A stretch of DNA of 64,000 bases, from NCBI GenBank assembly GCA_964016885.1, contig CAXHJY010000206.1, positions 1-64,000 of the forward strand, in the 5' to 3' direction. Both the position numbers and the translations under genes were made by a program. The notes under the pieces were generated by a model, which was not told the DNA's origin, searched no databases, and saw only the letters and a list, made by a program, of their open reading frames with translations. The stretch is from Eledone cirrhosa (lineage: Eukaryota). Shown here one piece after another: positions 40,709-54,293 of the stretch (positions are counted from its first letter, which is position 1; every line of letters starts with the position of its first letter).

Positions 40709-40843
40709 ATAGAGTTACGGCCGTTTATGATCTGAGTTCTAATCCCGCCGAGGTTAACTTTGCTTTTCATCCTTACGGGGGTCGATAACATAAAGTACCA
40801 GTTATGCACTGGGATAATTGCTGGCCTTGTGCCAAAAGTAGAA
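40709..40843 (+). mobile_element. SINE S1, 5'-truncated
   Basis: B box through the 3' end is present. Confidence 0.85.
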
Positions 40844-41251
40844 TAAATTAATGTGTTTCCATGAAGTATTGACGGAGCAAACAGTTTGCCAGTTACTTTA
40901 AAAAGTCGTCCCATTGACATCTGGAGCACTTGGTTTTTCAAGCTTCATGTGAGAGGACCACTATGGTCTTCCATCTTTCTCTGTATCGGTCCGATTTGGC
41001 GAAATTCTATCCACTGTCGATATATATAAATATATATATATATATATACATAAATATATATATATTATATGAGTCCCTAGTGTCCGCGCATTGCCTGGAG
41101 ACTTAGCTGAGAATAGACTCCCTGATGACGTAATGAATTCTCGATGGTTACATTACATAACCATCTTTATCCCATTACAGAAACTAATTAGTTGGATTGA
41201 AAATTTTAGTAAGTTAATTTTTAATTTTTTTAAATTTTCTTATTTTACGTC

Positions 41252-41289
<38 letters not shown>

Positions 41290-41379
41290 GGCGCAAACAT
41301 TACAATACAATACAATAGGAAGGAACATGATAATAGTACCACTAATGATGTTGCAGATGTGCAACCGAAGAACTTTGTT

Positions 41380-41428
<49 letters not shown>

Positions 41429-41605
41429 ATTTATATCTGTATTTTTAACCGCTGGTCAATCGATGATAAACATTGATTGCCAAATAAATTAACTATGGAG
41501 ATATAAAAGATAGAGAAGCGAAAACCAACAAAACAGTGAGTGTGTTCTGTGTTATTATTTCTGGCAATACTATTACAACAATATGACAAGCCCCCAAGTA
41601 TAGCA

Positions 41606-41650
<45 letters not shown>

Positions 41651-42825
41651 CAATATCGGAGAAAGCTTTTTAGCGATACTCCGGCCAAATTCCACCTCAC
41701 TCAACAAACATTAGGAAATAAGTGATTATATTCCCAATTATGTGTTCGGGGTGCTAACTAAAAGTATTGCGTGGAAAATTGGCTGTATTATTTCAAATGA
41801 GACATATCTAATATATATCTTCCCAGACGGACGTCTCGTTTCATTATAGGACTCCTACAATTTGGGTGAAATTATACCAGTTTATGTAGGAGCTTGTATA
41901 CTATCAATAGATATATATTCAAGTGAGCTCCTATAATTCATCAGTGGGTGCCCCAATAGTACTAATATTGATAATCTAACCAACATCAGCATTTATATAT
42001 ATATTGAAGTTTGCTTGTAGCATTGTGGAATAATCTAACCAACATCAGCATTTATATATATATATATTGAAGTCTGCTTGTAGCATTGTGGAATAATAGT
42101 AATAGTCGTTTTGGAAGCCTCAGCTATGCTGATGGGGAAATCTCTGGGTAACAGGATCAGGTGGTAATGTGAGAGAGATGTAAGAGGTTATTATATAAGC
42201 ATTTATTTATTTATATGGTTGTGCAACTAATTATTACTAGTACACAACATGTAATATTCATTTTTCTGATTCGTGCAAAGGACTAACTCTAAGATAATGT
42301 CAATTTTCATATATAACACATATATATAACGTAGGGGAGGTGGTGTTCCTATAATTGCAAGAATACGTTTTCAAAAGAAAGGAAGCCAGTATTTGTATTT
42401 AATACAATCGAGATGAAAAACACAGATACAAAAGATGAATAAGTTGAAAAATTGAGAGAAAATATTTACACTTTACATATATATATATATATATATAATA
42501 TATATATATATTTATGTGTGTGTGTGTGTAGGTATGTATGTATGTTGATTTACGTATATATTTAAATTAATGTATGCATACACACACACATATATATAGA
42601 TAGACATGTACACATACAGATACAAATACAAGTGTTCATGCATATTCACATATAAAATATAAGTTCTCGTACATATATGTACGCATGATTGGGTTAACAC
42701 ATATACATATACACATACATATACACATGTATATGTGTATTTATGTATATATATATACATATATATATAGATATAGATATATATATGCATGTATATGTGT
42801 ATTTAAAAATAAATATATATGTATG

Positions 42826-42872
<47 letters not shown>

Positions 42873-43363
42873 ATACATACATATATATTTATTTTTGTAT
42901 AAATATATATGTATGTATTTATATATATATATATATATATACTTACTTACACATGTATATGTGTATTTACAAATATATATATATTTATAAAAAGTAAGAG
43001 GTGTGAATTGAAAAACGTGATAAAATAAAATTAGGAAATATATTAAAAAAATGTAAAAGATAAAAGACGTAGACATGAAATTGAAAACAGAATGCAAGAC
43101 TTAATTGGAAGTCTAAAAGTAACAATAATACTTAATAGAAATTTCATGTAAAGGAAAATATATTTCAATGTATTTTAATATTTCTTCAGCCCGTCGTCTT
43201 CGAGATTCATTGCGCTTCATTTTCTTTGCTATTGTGTTAACGTTATTTTCGCTTCGGATATTTTGTGTGTGCTTTGAGTGTGTTTAGGTTTTGTAGTATA
43301 TATCTGACTATCCATTCGTTTATCTATCTATCTATCTATCTAACTCTCTCTCTCTCACATTGT

Positions 43364-43434
<71 letters not shown>

Positions 43435-43451
43435 AGCACCACCCCCTCTCA

Positions 43452-43503
<52 letters not shown>

Positions 43504-43574
43504 GTGTGTATATATATATATTTAAAATCCTATATACACATACACACACATATATATACATGTGTATATGTATA

Positions 43575-43706
43575 TAATTGTTTCTACTTTAGGCACAAGG
43601 CCATCAATTACCCAGTGCATTACTGGTACTTTATTTTATCGACCCCGTAAGGATGAAAGGAAAAGTCAACCTCGGCGGGATTTGAACTCAGATCGTAAAG
43701 GGACGT
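43575..43706 (-). mobile_element. SINE S1, 5'-truncated
   Basis: Reverse-complement match to S1. Confidence 0.85.
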
Positions 43707-43983
43707 ATATGTATATGTATATGTATATGTATATAATGTATATGTATATAATGTATATATATGTATATAATGTGTATATATATATATGTATATAATGTGT
43801 ATATATATCTTATATATATATGTGTGTGTATGTATGTATCTCTCTCTCTATATATATATGTGTGTATGTATATATATATATATGTGTGTATGTATATATA
43901 TATATTTATGTGTATGTATATATATATATATAAGTATATATGTGTGTGTATGTATATAGATATGTATATATATATGTATATAG

Positions 43984-44036
<53 letters not shown>

Positions 44037-44037
<1 letters not shown>

Positions 44038-44254
44038 TTCGTTTCTGAATTTGTTTAGCAAGATTTTTTATCTGAAAACGTGTATTGAAACCGATTTTGT
44101 TATATTGGAGAGGGTCATATTGCCAATAAGAAACACACGCACCTGATGCTTTCACTTCAATTTATTATAATAAATTTATAAATGCATTATAATAAATTGA
44201 AGTGAAAGTACTAGTGCGTGTGTTTCTTATTGGAAACATGACCCTCCCAAAGTA

Positions 44255-44258
<4 letters not shown>
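44037..44258. mobile_element. Repeat family D with a tail-to-tail foldback (~44099-44170 / ~44188-44257)
   Basis: ataagaaacacacgcac..tttcacttcaatttattat versus ataataaattgaagtgaaa..gtgcgtgtgtttcttat. Confidence 0.75.
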
Positions 44259-44317
<59 letters not shown>

Positions 44318-44327
44318 AAGAGTGTGT

Positions 44328-44487
44328 GGTAAGACAGTAGGTGGTCCATAATGCACTAGAGTACTCGATACTTAGGGTAGTACAGTGGGTCATAGGAAAA
44401 GAGTCGGGACCCTGACGGCTGTGCTAGCGTTCGGATACAGCTATCGAAACAGCCGGAGCTTAGCCGTAGGGGTCCTGATTATTTTCC

Positions 44488-44490
<3 letters not shown>
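44328..44490. mobile_element. Foldback repeat family B, copy 2
   Basis: Long minus arm plus a short plus arm ending ggggtcctgattattttcctat; (TA)n on both sides. Confidence 0.7.
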
Positions 44491-44520
<30 letters not shown>

Positions 44521-44638
44521 ATATTTATATATATTTATATATATATATATATATTTATTTATATATATATATATTTATTTATATATATATATATTTATTT
44601 ATATATATATATATTTATTTATATATATATATATTTAT

Positions 44639-44675
<37 letters not shown>

Positions 44676-44729
44676 AATATATATATACGATATTAAATAA
44701 ATGGAAACTATATTTATAAAACCATATTT

Positions 44730-44793
44730 ATTTCATTATATATATTTCAGGGATATCATATTAAAAATATGGTATGCCTTCATCAGACAAAAT
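44730..44793 (-). ncRNA. Type-I hammerhead motif, intact core (left arm)
   Basis: Mirror of 44953-45016. Confidence 0.7.
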
Positions 44794-44952
44794 ACGATAT
44801 AAACAGTCTTATAAATAGATAAATTTGACATACCTTACAACTTCAACTTCCATTCAAAAAGTTGATTTGGTAGTACAAAATCAACTTTTTAAATGGAAGT
44901 TGAAGTTGTAAGGTATGTCAAATCTATCTATTTATAAGACTGTCTATATCGT

Positions 44953-45016
44953 ATTTTGTCTGATGAAGGCATACCATATTTTTAATATGATATCCCTGAA
45001 ATATATATAATGAAAT
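44953..45016 (+). ncRNA. Type-I hammerhead motif, intact core (right arm)
   Basis: auuuugu CUGAUGA agg-cauac-cauauu-uuu-aauaug-auauc-ccu GAA AUAUAUAU A augaaau. 7-bp stem I (2 GU pairs), extended stem II, palindromic stem III, AUA triplet. Confidence 0.7.
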
Positions 45017-45149
45017 AAATATGGTTTTATAAATATAGTTTCCATTTATTTAATATCGTAAATATACTCCAAATACTTGTTGAGTGCTTTTATATCAGTT
45101 ATAAATATTTACTCTTTGTAACCCAACAATTTAAATAAAACTTTGCAAA

Positions 45150-45152
45150 TAT

Positions 45153-45185
<33 letters not shown>

Positions 45186-45241
45186 AATATATATATAAAT
45201 ATATAAATATATATATAAATATATATATATATATAAATATG

Positions 45242-45272
<31 letters not shown>

Positions 45273-45337
45273 TTATATATTTATATATATTTATATATTT
45301 ATATATATATATATATATTTATATATTTATATATATA

Positions 45338-45369
<32 letters not shown>

Positions 45370-45375
45370 CATATC

Positions 45376-45428
<53 letters not shown>

Positions 45429-45455
45429 GTTTATATATATATATTTATATATATG

Positions 45456-45505
<50 letters not shown>

Positions 45506-45507
45506 CG

Positions 45508-45542
<35 letters not shown>

Positions 45543-45559
45543 ATATATTTATATATACG

Positions 45560-45594
<35 letters not shown>

Positions 45595-45754
45595 ATATAT
45601 TTATATATACGTATATATATTTATATATATATATATATATTTATATATACGTATATATATATATATATATATTTATATATACGTATATATATTTATATAT
45701 ATATATATATATTTATATATACGTATATATATATATATATATATTTATATATAC

Positions 45755-45795
<41 letters not shown>

Positions 45796-45796
45796 C

Positions 45797-45837
<41 letters not shown>

Positions 45838-45838
45838 C

Positions 45839-45879
<41 letters not shown>

Positions 45880-45883
45880 CGTT

Positions 45884-45920
<37 letters not shown>

Positions 45921-46094
45921 GTTTATATATAAATATATATATATATATATTTATATATATGTTTATATATAAATATATATATATATATAGATATGTTAAT
46001 ATATATATATATATATATTTATATCTATATATATATTTATATATATGTTTATATATATATATATATTTATATCTATATATATATTTATATATAT

Positions 46095-46138
<44 letters not shown>

Positions 46139-46159
46139 CTATATATATATATATTTATA

Positions 46160-46197
<38 letters not shown>

Positions 46198-46239
46198 GTT
46201 TATATATATATATATATATGTTTATATATATATATATAT

Positions 46240-46276
<37 letters not shown>

Positions 46277-46296
46277 TATATATATATATATATGTT

Positions 46297-46376
<80 letters not shown>

Positions 46377-46703
46377 GTTTATATATATATATATGTTTAT
46401 ATATATATATGTTTATATATATATTTATATGTTTATATATATATGTTTATATATATATATGTTTATATATATATTTATATGTTTATATATATATGTTTAT
46501 ATATATATATATGTTTATATATATATATATATGTTTATATATATGTTTATATATATATGTTTATATATGTTTATATATATATATATATATGTTTATATAT
46601 ATATGTTTTTATATATATGTTTATATATATATATATGTTTTTATATATATGTTTATATATATATATATTTATATCTATATATGTTTATATTTATATATAT
46701 GTT

Positions 46704-46734
<31 letters not shown>

Positions 46735-46750
46735 GTTTATATATATATAT
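45150..46750. repeat. Degenerate (TA)n block with TTTA, TACG and TGTT variants
   Basis: Directly visible. Confidence 0.95.
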
Positions 46751-46891
46751 ATTGTTATACTTTGGGAGGGTCATGTTGCCAATAAGAAACACACGCACCA
46801 GTTGCTTTCACTTCAATTTATTATAAATTATATATACTGGTTTCAACACGCGTTTTCAGATAAAGAATCTTGCTAAACAAATTCAGAAACG

Positions 46892-46895
<4 letters not shown>
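46750..46895. mobile_element. Repeat family D copy with its two halves in opposite orientation
   Basis: 46750-46829 matches 44097-44177 in plus; 46838-46894 matches 44037-44093 in reverse complement. Confidence 0.75.
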
Positions 46896-46939
<44 letters not shown>

Positions 46940-47844
46940 ATATAAACAGTGCGATAGTTTGGGACATGTAGACGACTCGATTTTTTTCATACAAACTTTT
47001 CCATGCACATTTATAAAGAAAATAACTAAAAACAAATTATACTTGAACAAGGTATATAGCATGACTTACGACTGCGATATTTCGTAGTTTTGTAAAATAA
47101 TGGCGCAATGATAAAAACAAAATAAGTAACACGAAAGTCTTCATCACCAGAAGAATTATCTCCATATATTATAGATAATTTAATATGAGATGTAATTTAT
47201 AGTGGATACGAAGTTCATCAAAGTCGGCCATGTTGGCCAATATTTGACTGCTTCGTTATTTAAATTCTATCTGGGTTAAACACGAAATGCAAGACTATGC
47301 GAATAAATCAACTTATAAAAGCAATGGGAATTTTATTAGTGAGATCGTTTGATATAGATCAGCTGAATTGTACACTTATGACTCATTCAAGATTCAGATG
47401 TAAAATTCATCGTAAAAATGATAGCTCGTGCACAAATGAGACAATCTCCCACCACACATACATATACATAAGCACATAGAAAAAGACACACTCAAACACA
47501 TTTATATATACACGTATATACATACGTATGCATATAAATACACACACACAGACACATATTGAAAAGAGCATACCTATATATAAAGATGTATACCTGCGCA
47601 CACACACACATATATATATATATATACAAATACATACATACACACACACACATATATATTTATATATATATATATATAAATATATACACGCATACACACA
47701 TTATTATGTTTGCGTGTATGTTTCTGTGTATCTTTCACTCTTTCTATATATATATATATAAATTTATATTTATATTTATTTATCATATGTTGTTGAACAC
47801 TTCCTTGTTGACAAGTGTTTTTTAGGCATCATATCATGTTACCT

Positions 47845-47915
47845 TATTTTATCTGATGAGAACGCAATTATCGTCCCAGGATGATATTTGTTTTTGAAAT
47901 GCGCATAATAAAATA
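47845..47915 (+). ncRNA. Solitary type-I hammerhead ribozyme motif with a perfect core and long stems
   Basis: uauuuuau CUGAUGA gaacgcaau-uaucgucc-ca-ggaugaua-uuuguuuuu GAA AUGCGCAU A auaaaaua. 8-bp stem I, palindromic stem III, AUA triplet; predicted cut after 47907. Confidence 0.8.
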
Positions 47916-47946
47916 TATGGAACTTCGTTAACCATCTTTTAATTTC

Positions 47947-47980
<34 letters not shown>

Positions 47981-47983
47981 TAT

Positions 47984-48172
47984 ATAGGAGTAAGTAAGAC
48001 CCCGACGGCTGAGCTCAAGCCGTTTCGACGGCTAATTCACAGAATTAGCCGTCGAAACGGCTTGAGCTCAGCCGTCGGGGTCTTACTTACTCCTATTACC
48101 CACTCTACTACCCTAAGTATTGAGTACTTTGGTGCGTTATGGTCCACCTGGTTCCTTACCACTTTTCCCTCG
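47984..48172. mobile_element. Foldback repeat family B, copy 3, with a perfect 55-bp hairpin
   Basis: 47984-48038 is the exact reverse complement of 48042-48096; 3-nt loop (aca). Confidence 0.9.
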
Positions 48173-48213
<41 letters not shown>

Positions 48214-48357
48214 GTCAATACTCATCTTTTTCCATTTCTCCGAGGGTTTTTTACCCCACTATCAGGCTAAATAATTTTTTTAATTTTTTTAGTCAAAATA
48301 CGGCGACAGCTTACATTTATAATGTATAAGTATATTTATATATATATAAGTATATAT

Positions 48358-49362
48358 AGCGCAACAGATTAGAGAAAGGGTCAAATTAGATGAGATGCAG
48401 TTTGGTTCTATGCCTCGGAAAAATGCAACAGATGCCCTCTTCTTAGTGAGGCAACTGCAAGAGAGGTTCTTAGAGAAGAATAAGCCACTATATTAGCTTT
48501 TGTTGACCTAGAGAAGGCCTTTGATAGGGTATCTTGATCTGTCATCTGGTGGGCCCTAAGGAAACTAAGTGTAGAGGAAGGACTTGTGAGAACATTGCAA
48601 GCTATGTACAGGGGGGGGGGGTGTCAGCAAAGTGAGAATAGGAATGGAGTTTAGTGATGAATTCCAGATACAAGTTGCTGTACATCAAGGTTCGGTCCTC
48701 AGCCCACTCTTGTTCATTATAATCCTCCAAGCCATAACAGAGGAGTTTAAGACTGGATGCCCATGGGAACTTCTCTATGCTGGTGATCTGGTTCTTATAG
48801 CAGAATCAGTAGAGGAGCTAGAGAATAAATTCTGGCTATGGAAACATCAGTTGCAATCAAGAGGAGTGAGAGTGAACATAACTAAGACAAAGGGGTTGAT
48901 AAGTAGAAGAGAGGACAATACTCTGATTCCATCGGGAAATGGCCATGTTCGATAGGTAGGAAAGGAACTGGCATAAATTCCATAAAATGTACGCAATGCA
49001 GATCTTGGGTACACAAGAGATGTAGTGGGATAACAGGCAAACTAACAGGTAGGGAAAACTACGTATGCAGTAGATGTACAGGGAAAGTTCGCAGTAGTAA
49101 TCGCAGTGATAGACACATTTTTTTCCAATGCAGATGGTTGAGAGCTTCCGGTACGTAGGTGATCAGATTAGCATGGAAGAGGGTGTTCCGAGGCCATAGT
49201 AGCTAGAATAAGGACGAGTTGGAAGAAGTTTAGGGAGCTGCTTCCTCTGTTGACAAAAAAAGGGTTATATGATGCTTGTGTGAGATGCGTGATGCTGAAT
49301 GGTAGGGAGACATGAGCAGCAACTGCAGAATATATGCCACGGCTGGAGAGAAATGCAAGAAC
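48358..49362 (+). mobile_element. Decayed RTE-type LINE internal fragment (RT plus Cys/His finger)
   Basis: DEMQFG, AFVDLEKAFDRV, VHQGSVLSPLLF, YAGD (mutated YADD, 48776-48787), CTQC..WVHKRC..CSRC; contains stops and frameshifts. Confidence 0.9.
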
Positions 49363-49676
49363 GAAAAGCGAACTTAAAATGATGATTATATATATATATA
49401 TATATATGGTGGCTGCCAACTCATTTTGAGTACGGCCACTACTTTATATATATATGTAGGAGAACCGCTACCGATGCGCTGAACGAGTGACATTTTAGTC
49501 CAGCCAGCAACTTGAAAACTCTGGTACAAACACTGCACTTGTGACAATTATTGACACATGATGCTGGGCCCATGATACCATGTGATGACAAGTGCAGAGA
49601 GATCTCCAGATATAAAACAATGACTGTGCCGTGAAGCTTTTATAGTGAGCAAAGGCACTGCACAAAGCCACTCCCA

Positions 49677-49699
<23 letters not shown>

Positions 49700-49740
<41 letters not shown>

Positions 49741-49757
49741 GTAAATTTATATATATA

Positions 49758-49799
<42 letters not shown>

Positions 49800-49811
49800 A
49801 ATATGTACATT

Positions 49812-49842
<31 letters not shown>

Positions 49843-49983
49843 GTATATATATATGTATATATATATATATATGTATATATATATGTATATATATATATAT
49901 ATGTATATATATATGTATATATATATATATATATATATAGGCATATATATGTATATATATATGTGTATATATATATGTATATA

Positions 49984-50015
<32 letters not shown>

Positions 50016-50017
50016 GG

Positions 50018-50058
<41 letters not shown>

Positions 50059-50059
50059 G

Positions 50060-50103
<44 letters not shown>

Positions 50104-50110
50104 TATATAT

Positions 50111-50157
<47 letters not shown>

Positions 50158-50164
50158 TATATAT

Positions 50165-50197
<33 letters not shown>

Positions 50198-50231
50198 GGT
50201 ATATATATATGTATATATATATATATATAGG

Positions 50232-50278
<47 letters not shown>

Positions 50279-50301
50279 GTATATATATGTATATATATAT
50301 G

Positions 50302-50346
<45 letters not shown>

Positions 50347-50347
50347 G

Positions 50348-50378
<31 letters not shown>

Positions 50379-50676
50379 GTATATATGTATATATATGTAT
50401 ATATATATGTATATATGTATATGTATATATATATGTATATATATATATGTATATATATATGTATATATATATGTATATATGTATATATATATATATATAT
50501 ATACATATATGTATATATATACATATAATATACATATATATATATACATTTATATATATATATATATACATATAATATACATGTATATATATATGTATAT
50601 ATACATTTATATATATATATATACATATAATATACATATATATATATATATATTTATATATATACATATAATATAC

Positions 50677-50708
<32 letters not shown>

Positions 50709-50719
50709 ATATACATATA

Positions 50720-50767
<48 letters not shown>

Positions 50768-50826
50768 TATACATATATATATATACATATAATATATATA
50801 TATATATTTATATATATATATATATA
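49700..50826. repeat. Degenerate (TA)n block
   Basis: Directly visible. Confidence 0.95.
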
Positions 50827-50863
50827 TTTGTATATTTATAAATCTATTACAGTATGAATATAC

Positions 50864-50899
<36 letters not shown>

Positions 50900-50941
50900 A
50901 TATATTTGTATATTTATAAATCTATTACAGTATGAATATAC

Positions 50942-50975
<34 letters not shown>

Positions 50976-51120
50976 ATATATTTGTATATTTATAAATCTA
51001 TTACAGTATGAATATATATATATATATATATATATTTGTACGTTTATAAATCTATTACAGTATGAATATACATATATATATATATTTGTATATTTATAAA
51101 TCTATTACAGTATGAATATG
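50827..51120. repeat. Five-copy tandem repeat of tttgtatatttataaatctattacagtatgaatat with variable (TA)n spacers
   Basis: Copies start at about 50827, 50905, 50981, 51035 and 51085. Confidence 0.9.
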
Positions 51121-51614
51121 CATGAATTTGTCTGCACATAATATATTTGATTTAAAATGTTTTAACATCTTAATTGGTAAAAAAAACCTTATGAAACTCA
51201 GCTAATTGTCATATTCAAAATAATAATCAAGAAAATAATGTCTCTAAACAGATTCGAAAATTCTTCGTCAGAAAATCATTACTCTGGAGAATGCAGCTAA
51301 TAAAATATCTAATACAAGGCTATTTAATACAGATTATCTTTCTCCTATATTATGTTTAACGAAAACCTTACGTAGACCAATGCACGATATATGATTTACA
51401 TTTCCGAGTAAAACAAAAATAAAATTGTTCACTGATTTACATTGAATTATGGGATAGATTGCTGAATATGCGCAATCAACAAACTGCTTGATTCCTTAAT
51501 TTCCCATTTTTCTGTAATTAACTGTTGAAATATGGTGGAAGTAATTCTGAAATTTTCTCACCAGCGCATCACATCATTTCAACCCTTTCCTGTTTGCTTG
51601 ATTACATATATCGA

Positions 51615-52380
51615 GACGCACATAAACACATACACACACATAAACACAAAGACACACACACATAAACACACACAGACACATGCACACACATGCGCACACG
51701 CCCACACGTACAAACACACACGCACACACTCAAGTACATACACACACAATCATGCACACGTGCGCATACACATACACACGGATGTACAAACACACACACA
51801 CATACACGCATGCACACACACACACACACACTGGTACATATACACACGTGGGCACACAAAACAAACACATACACAAACGCACATACTCACGCACATAGGC
51901 ATAAACACGTGCGCGCACACACAAATACATACACACATGCACACATTCACACACACTCACTCACATACTGACACACATACGAACATAGACATAAATAAAC
52001 CAGCACACACCCACAAACAAACACATAGGCACACGAGCACTCACATACACAAACACACACATAAAGACACACACATGCACATACACAAAAACACACATAT
52101 TCACACACATATTCACCTGAACACATACACGCACACACATATTCACACACACATATACGTACGCGAACATGCAAGTAATCAGACCTACTCACAAAAACAC
52201 ACATAATCTTACATACACACATACGCAAGCAACCACACATACACACACACAAACACACACATATACATACATACACAGAAATACACACGCACACATACAC
52301 ACACACGCAAGCAATCACATACACAAACATACAGACACACACACGAACAGACGTGCAAACAAACACACACACGTACAACC
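51615..52380. repeat. Cryptic (CA)n tract
   Basis: Directly visible; explains the HT-rich ORFs. Confidence 0.9.
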
Positions 52381-52413
52381 AAGCATAAATGAGACAATAG
52401 TAAATCTAATAAT

Positions 52414-52600
52414 TGTTTCTACGTTAGGCACAAGGCCAGCAATTACCCAGTACATTACTGGTACTTTATTTTATCGACCCCGTAAGGATTGAAAGGCAAA
52501 GTTAATCTCGGCGGGATTTGAACTCGGATTGTAAAGGGACGTAACTATGCTAGAAAGCACGGCGTCAAACCTTCTACCGATACTGCCAATTCAGCGCCAT
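52414..52600 (-). mobile_element. SINE S1, full-length with a 16-bp TSD
   Basis: TSD tagtaaatctaataat at 52398-52413 and 52601-52616. Confidence 0.92.
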
Positions 52601-53144
52601 TAGTAAATCTAATAATAGCATATGGGATTGAAATTTCAAAGTTTGTTTTATCAAGCAACTAATAAATACCACTAAATAATCATTATAGAAATAGTTGCGA
52701 ATGTTTTCCCTCTCGTGGAGCGATACCACGATTTATTCAAAATTAATTTATAGTGAAAATTTATGTGGTAGTTATTTGTTTAATAGCAGTAACATATATT
52801 TATTTATATATATGGACGTGACATATATATATATGTATATTATTCAAAATGTTAACAAATGAAAAATATTTGCATAATCAAAACATACTTTATGATATAT
52901 ATTTCAAAGGTACTGTGTTGTTTCAGTACGTTTTCATCAAACAAAATATATGATTTAATATTTAATTCCTGTATTGCTATATATACAAAATATATGACTT
53001 GATTAATTAATTCCAGTATTGCTATATATATATATATACTGGTATTAAGGTGGTAAAAAAATACTGATCTTTCCTGTTTATAACTATATATAGTTTATAT
53101 ATGCGTATACATATTATTATTATTATTATATGTATATTTATTTA

Positions 53145-53288
53145 ATTATGTAATAAACAACACATTACAATTATTCCATTTACGAAAGGTTTCACGAAGA
53201 CAGGCGAGGTCAACAGAGATGTCTGAAATCGTTCATCAGTTTCAGTTTGGTAAATGGAATAATTGTATTGTGTTGTTTATTACATAAT
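53145..53288. repeat. Inverted repeat (~39-bp arms) enclosing a degenerate minus-strand hammerhead core
   Basis: CUGAUGA (53233-53239), stem II acga/ucgu, GAAA (53190-53193); stems III and I are damaged. Confidence 0.6.
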
Positions 53289-53335
53289 GAAATTGCTCTG
53301 TATCATACATAGAGCACCCACCCTTCTACGGGAAT

Positions 53336-53384
<49 letters not shown>

Positions 53385-53713
53385 GTAGTAACACGGCCAA
53401 GGTAAACACTAAGAGTGAAAGAAAGAAAACTACAGACAAAAATGTGAACTTTTCTCCTGAAATATGGAAAAATAATGTTTCCCCATCTTCTTATTATTCT
53501 TCTTAATATGGAATTTAATTGTATTATACACTTCCATCGTGTGAAAAAGCGTACGAGCTGAAACCGGTACAAATAATGCGGGAATTCTTATTTTGTACAT
53601 AAATGTTTTGATGTTATTCTGAGAGAAAATCCCTTTAAAATTAATTTTCTACTGTTTTCTTCTTTGTTACTATTATTTTATATATATCAACCCGTGTGTC
53701 ACTTCTCTACATT

Positions 53714-53904
53714 GGTGGATTGGCAGTATCGGTAGAGGATCGGACGCCATGCTTTGACGCATAGAGTTACGTACGGCCCTTGCCATTCTGAGTTCAAATC
53801 CCGCCGAGGTTAACTTTGCCTTTCATCCTTACGGGGTCGATAAAATAAAGTACCAGTAATACACTGGTGATTTGCTGGCCTTGTGCCAACAGTAGAAACA
53901 ATTA
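53714..53904 (+). mobile_element. SINE S1, full-length
   Basis: A box, B box (gagttcaaatcc), central domain and 3' end are all present. Confidence 0.9.
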
Positions 53905-54293
53905 TATATATATATATATATTATAATAATAATAATACAAGGATGATTTGGTACGCCTTCATTGCGTTTATGATTGATGCCGTACGTTTCGCTATTGATC
54001 AGCTCGAGGTTCGATCTGTATCGATCTGGCCCGACTCAGAGATCAAAAGCACGTCGGATCTCTGCTTTTGTAATGAACATATAAAGCATAGAAATGTCTG
54101 TTCTCTAACGTTTCGCGTTCATATGGTGTTCAGTTTGTGTTGATTTGATTGGTGGATTAGCTATGATGAATGTTTTGGCACGCGTGATAGGTGGAGGGGG
54201 TGAGCATAGTCACGAGTTGGTGATGGGTAGCGATGGTTGAAGTGAGTTGCGTGGTGTGGTGTGTTGGCTTATCATAGTGATTTCGGCATGTAC

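Larger units (their letters stand above)
44686..45147. mobile_element. Repeat family C: 183-bp inverted arms (44686-44868 / 44878-45060) with a 9-nt loop; right arm extends to ~45147
   Basis: Near-perfect reverse complement; embedded in (TA)n. Confidence 0.9.

Noticed and set aside
41500-41970. Possible minus-strand PLE RT relic (IGAP, GRYILD)
   Set aside because: Too few and too short motifs to support a call.
43154-43192. Minus-strand CUGAAGA aau..auu GAA AUAUAU U motif
   Set aside because: The core is intact, but stem I is two GU pairs plus one GC in very AT-rich sequence; kept only as a weak candidate and not listed as a feature.
44069-44100. Hammerhead in family D (CUGAAAA cgugu(a/g)uu GAAA ccgau)
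   Set aside because: All three copies have C3 with A8, no workable stem II in register and a poor stem I.
50827-51120. Repeat-spacer pattern superficially like a CRISPR array
   Set aside because: The spacers are only (TA)n of variable length; the context is eukaryotic with no cas genes.
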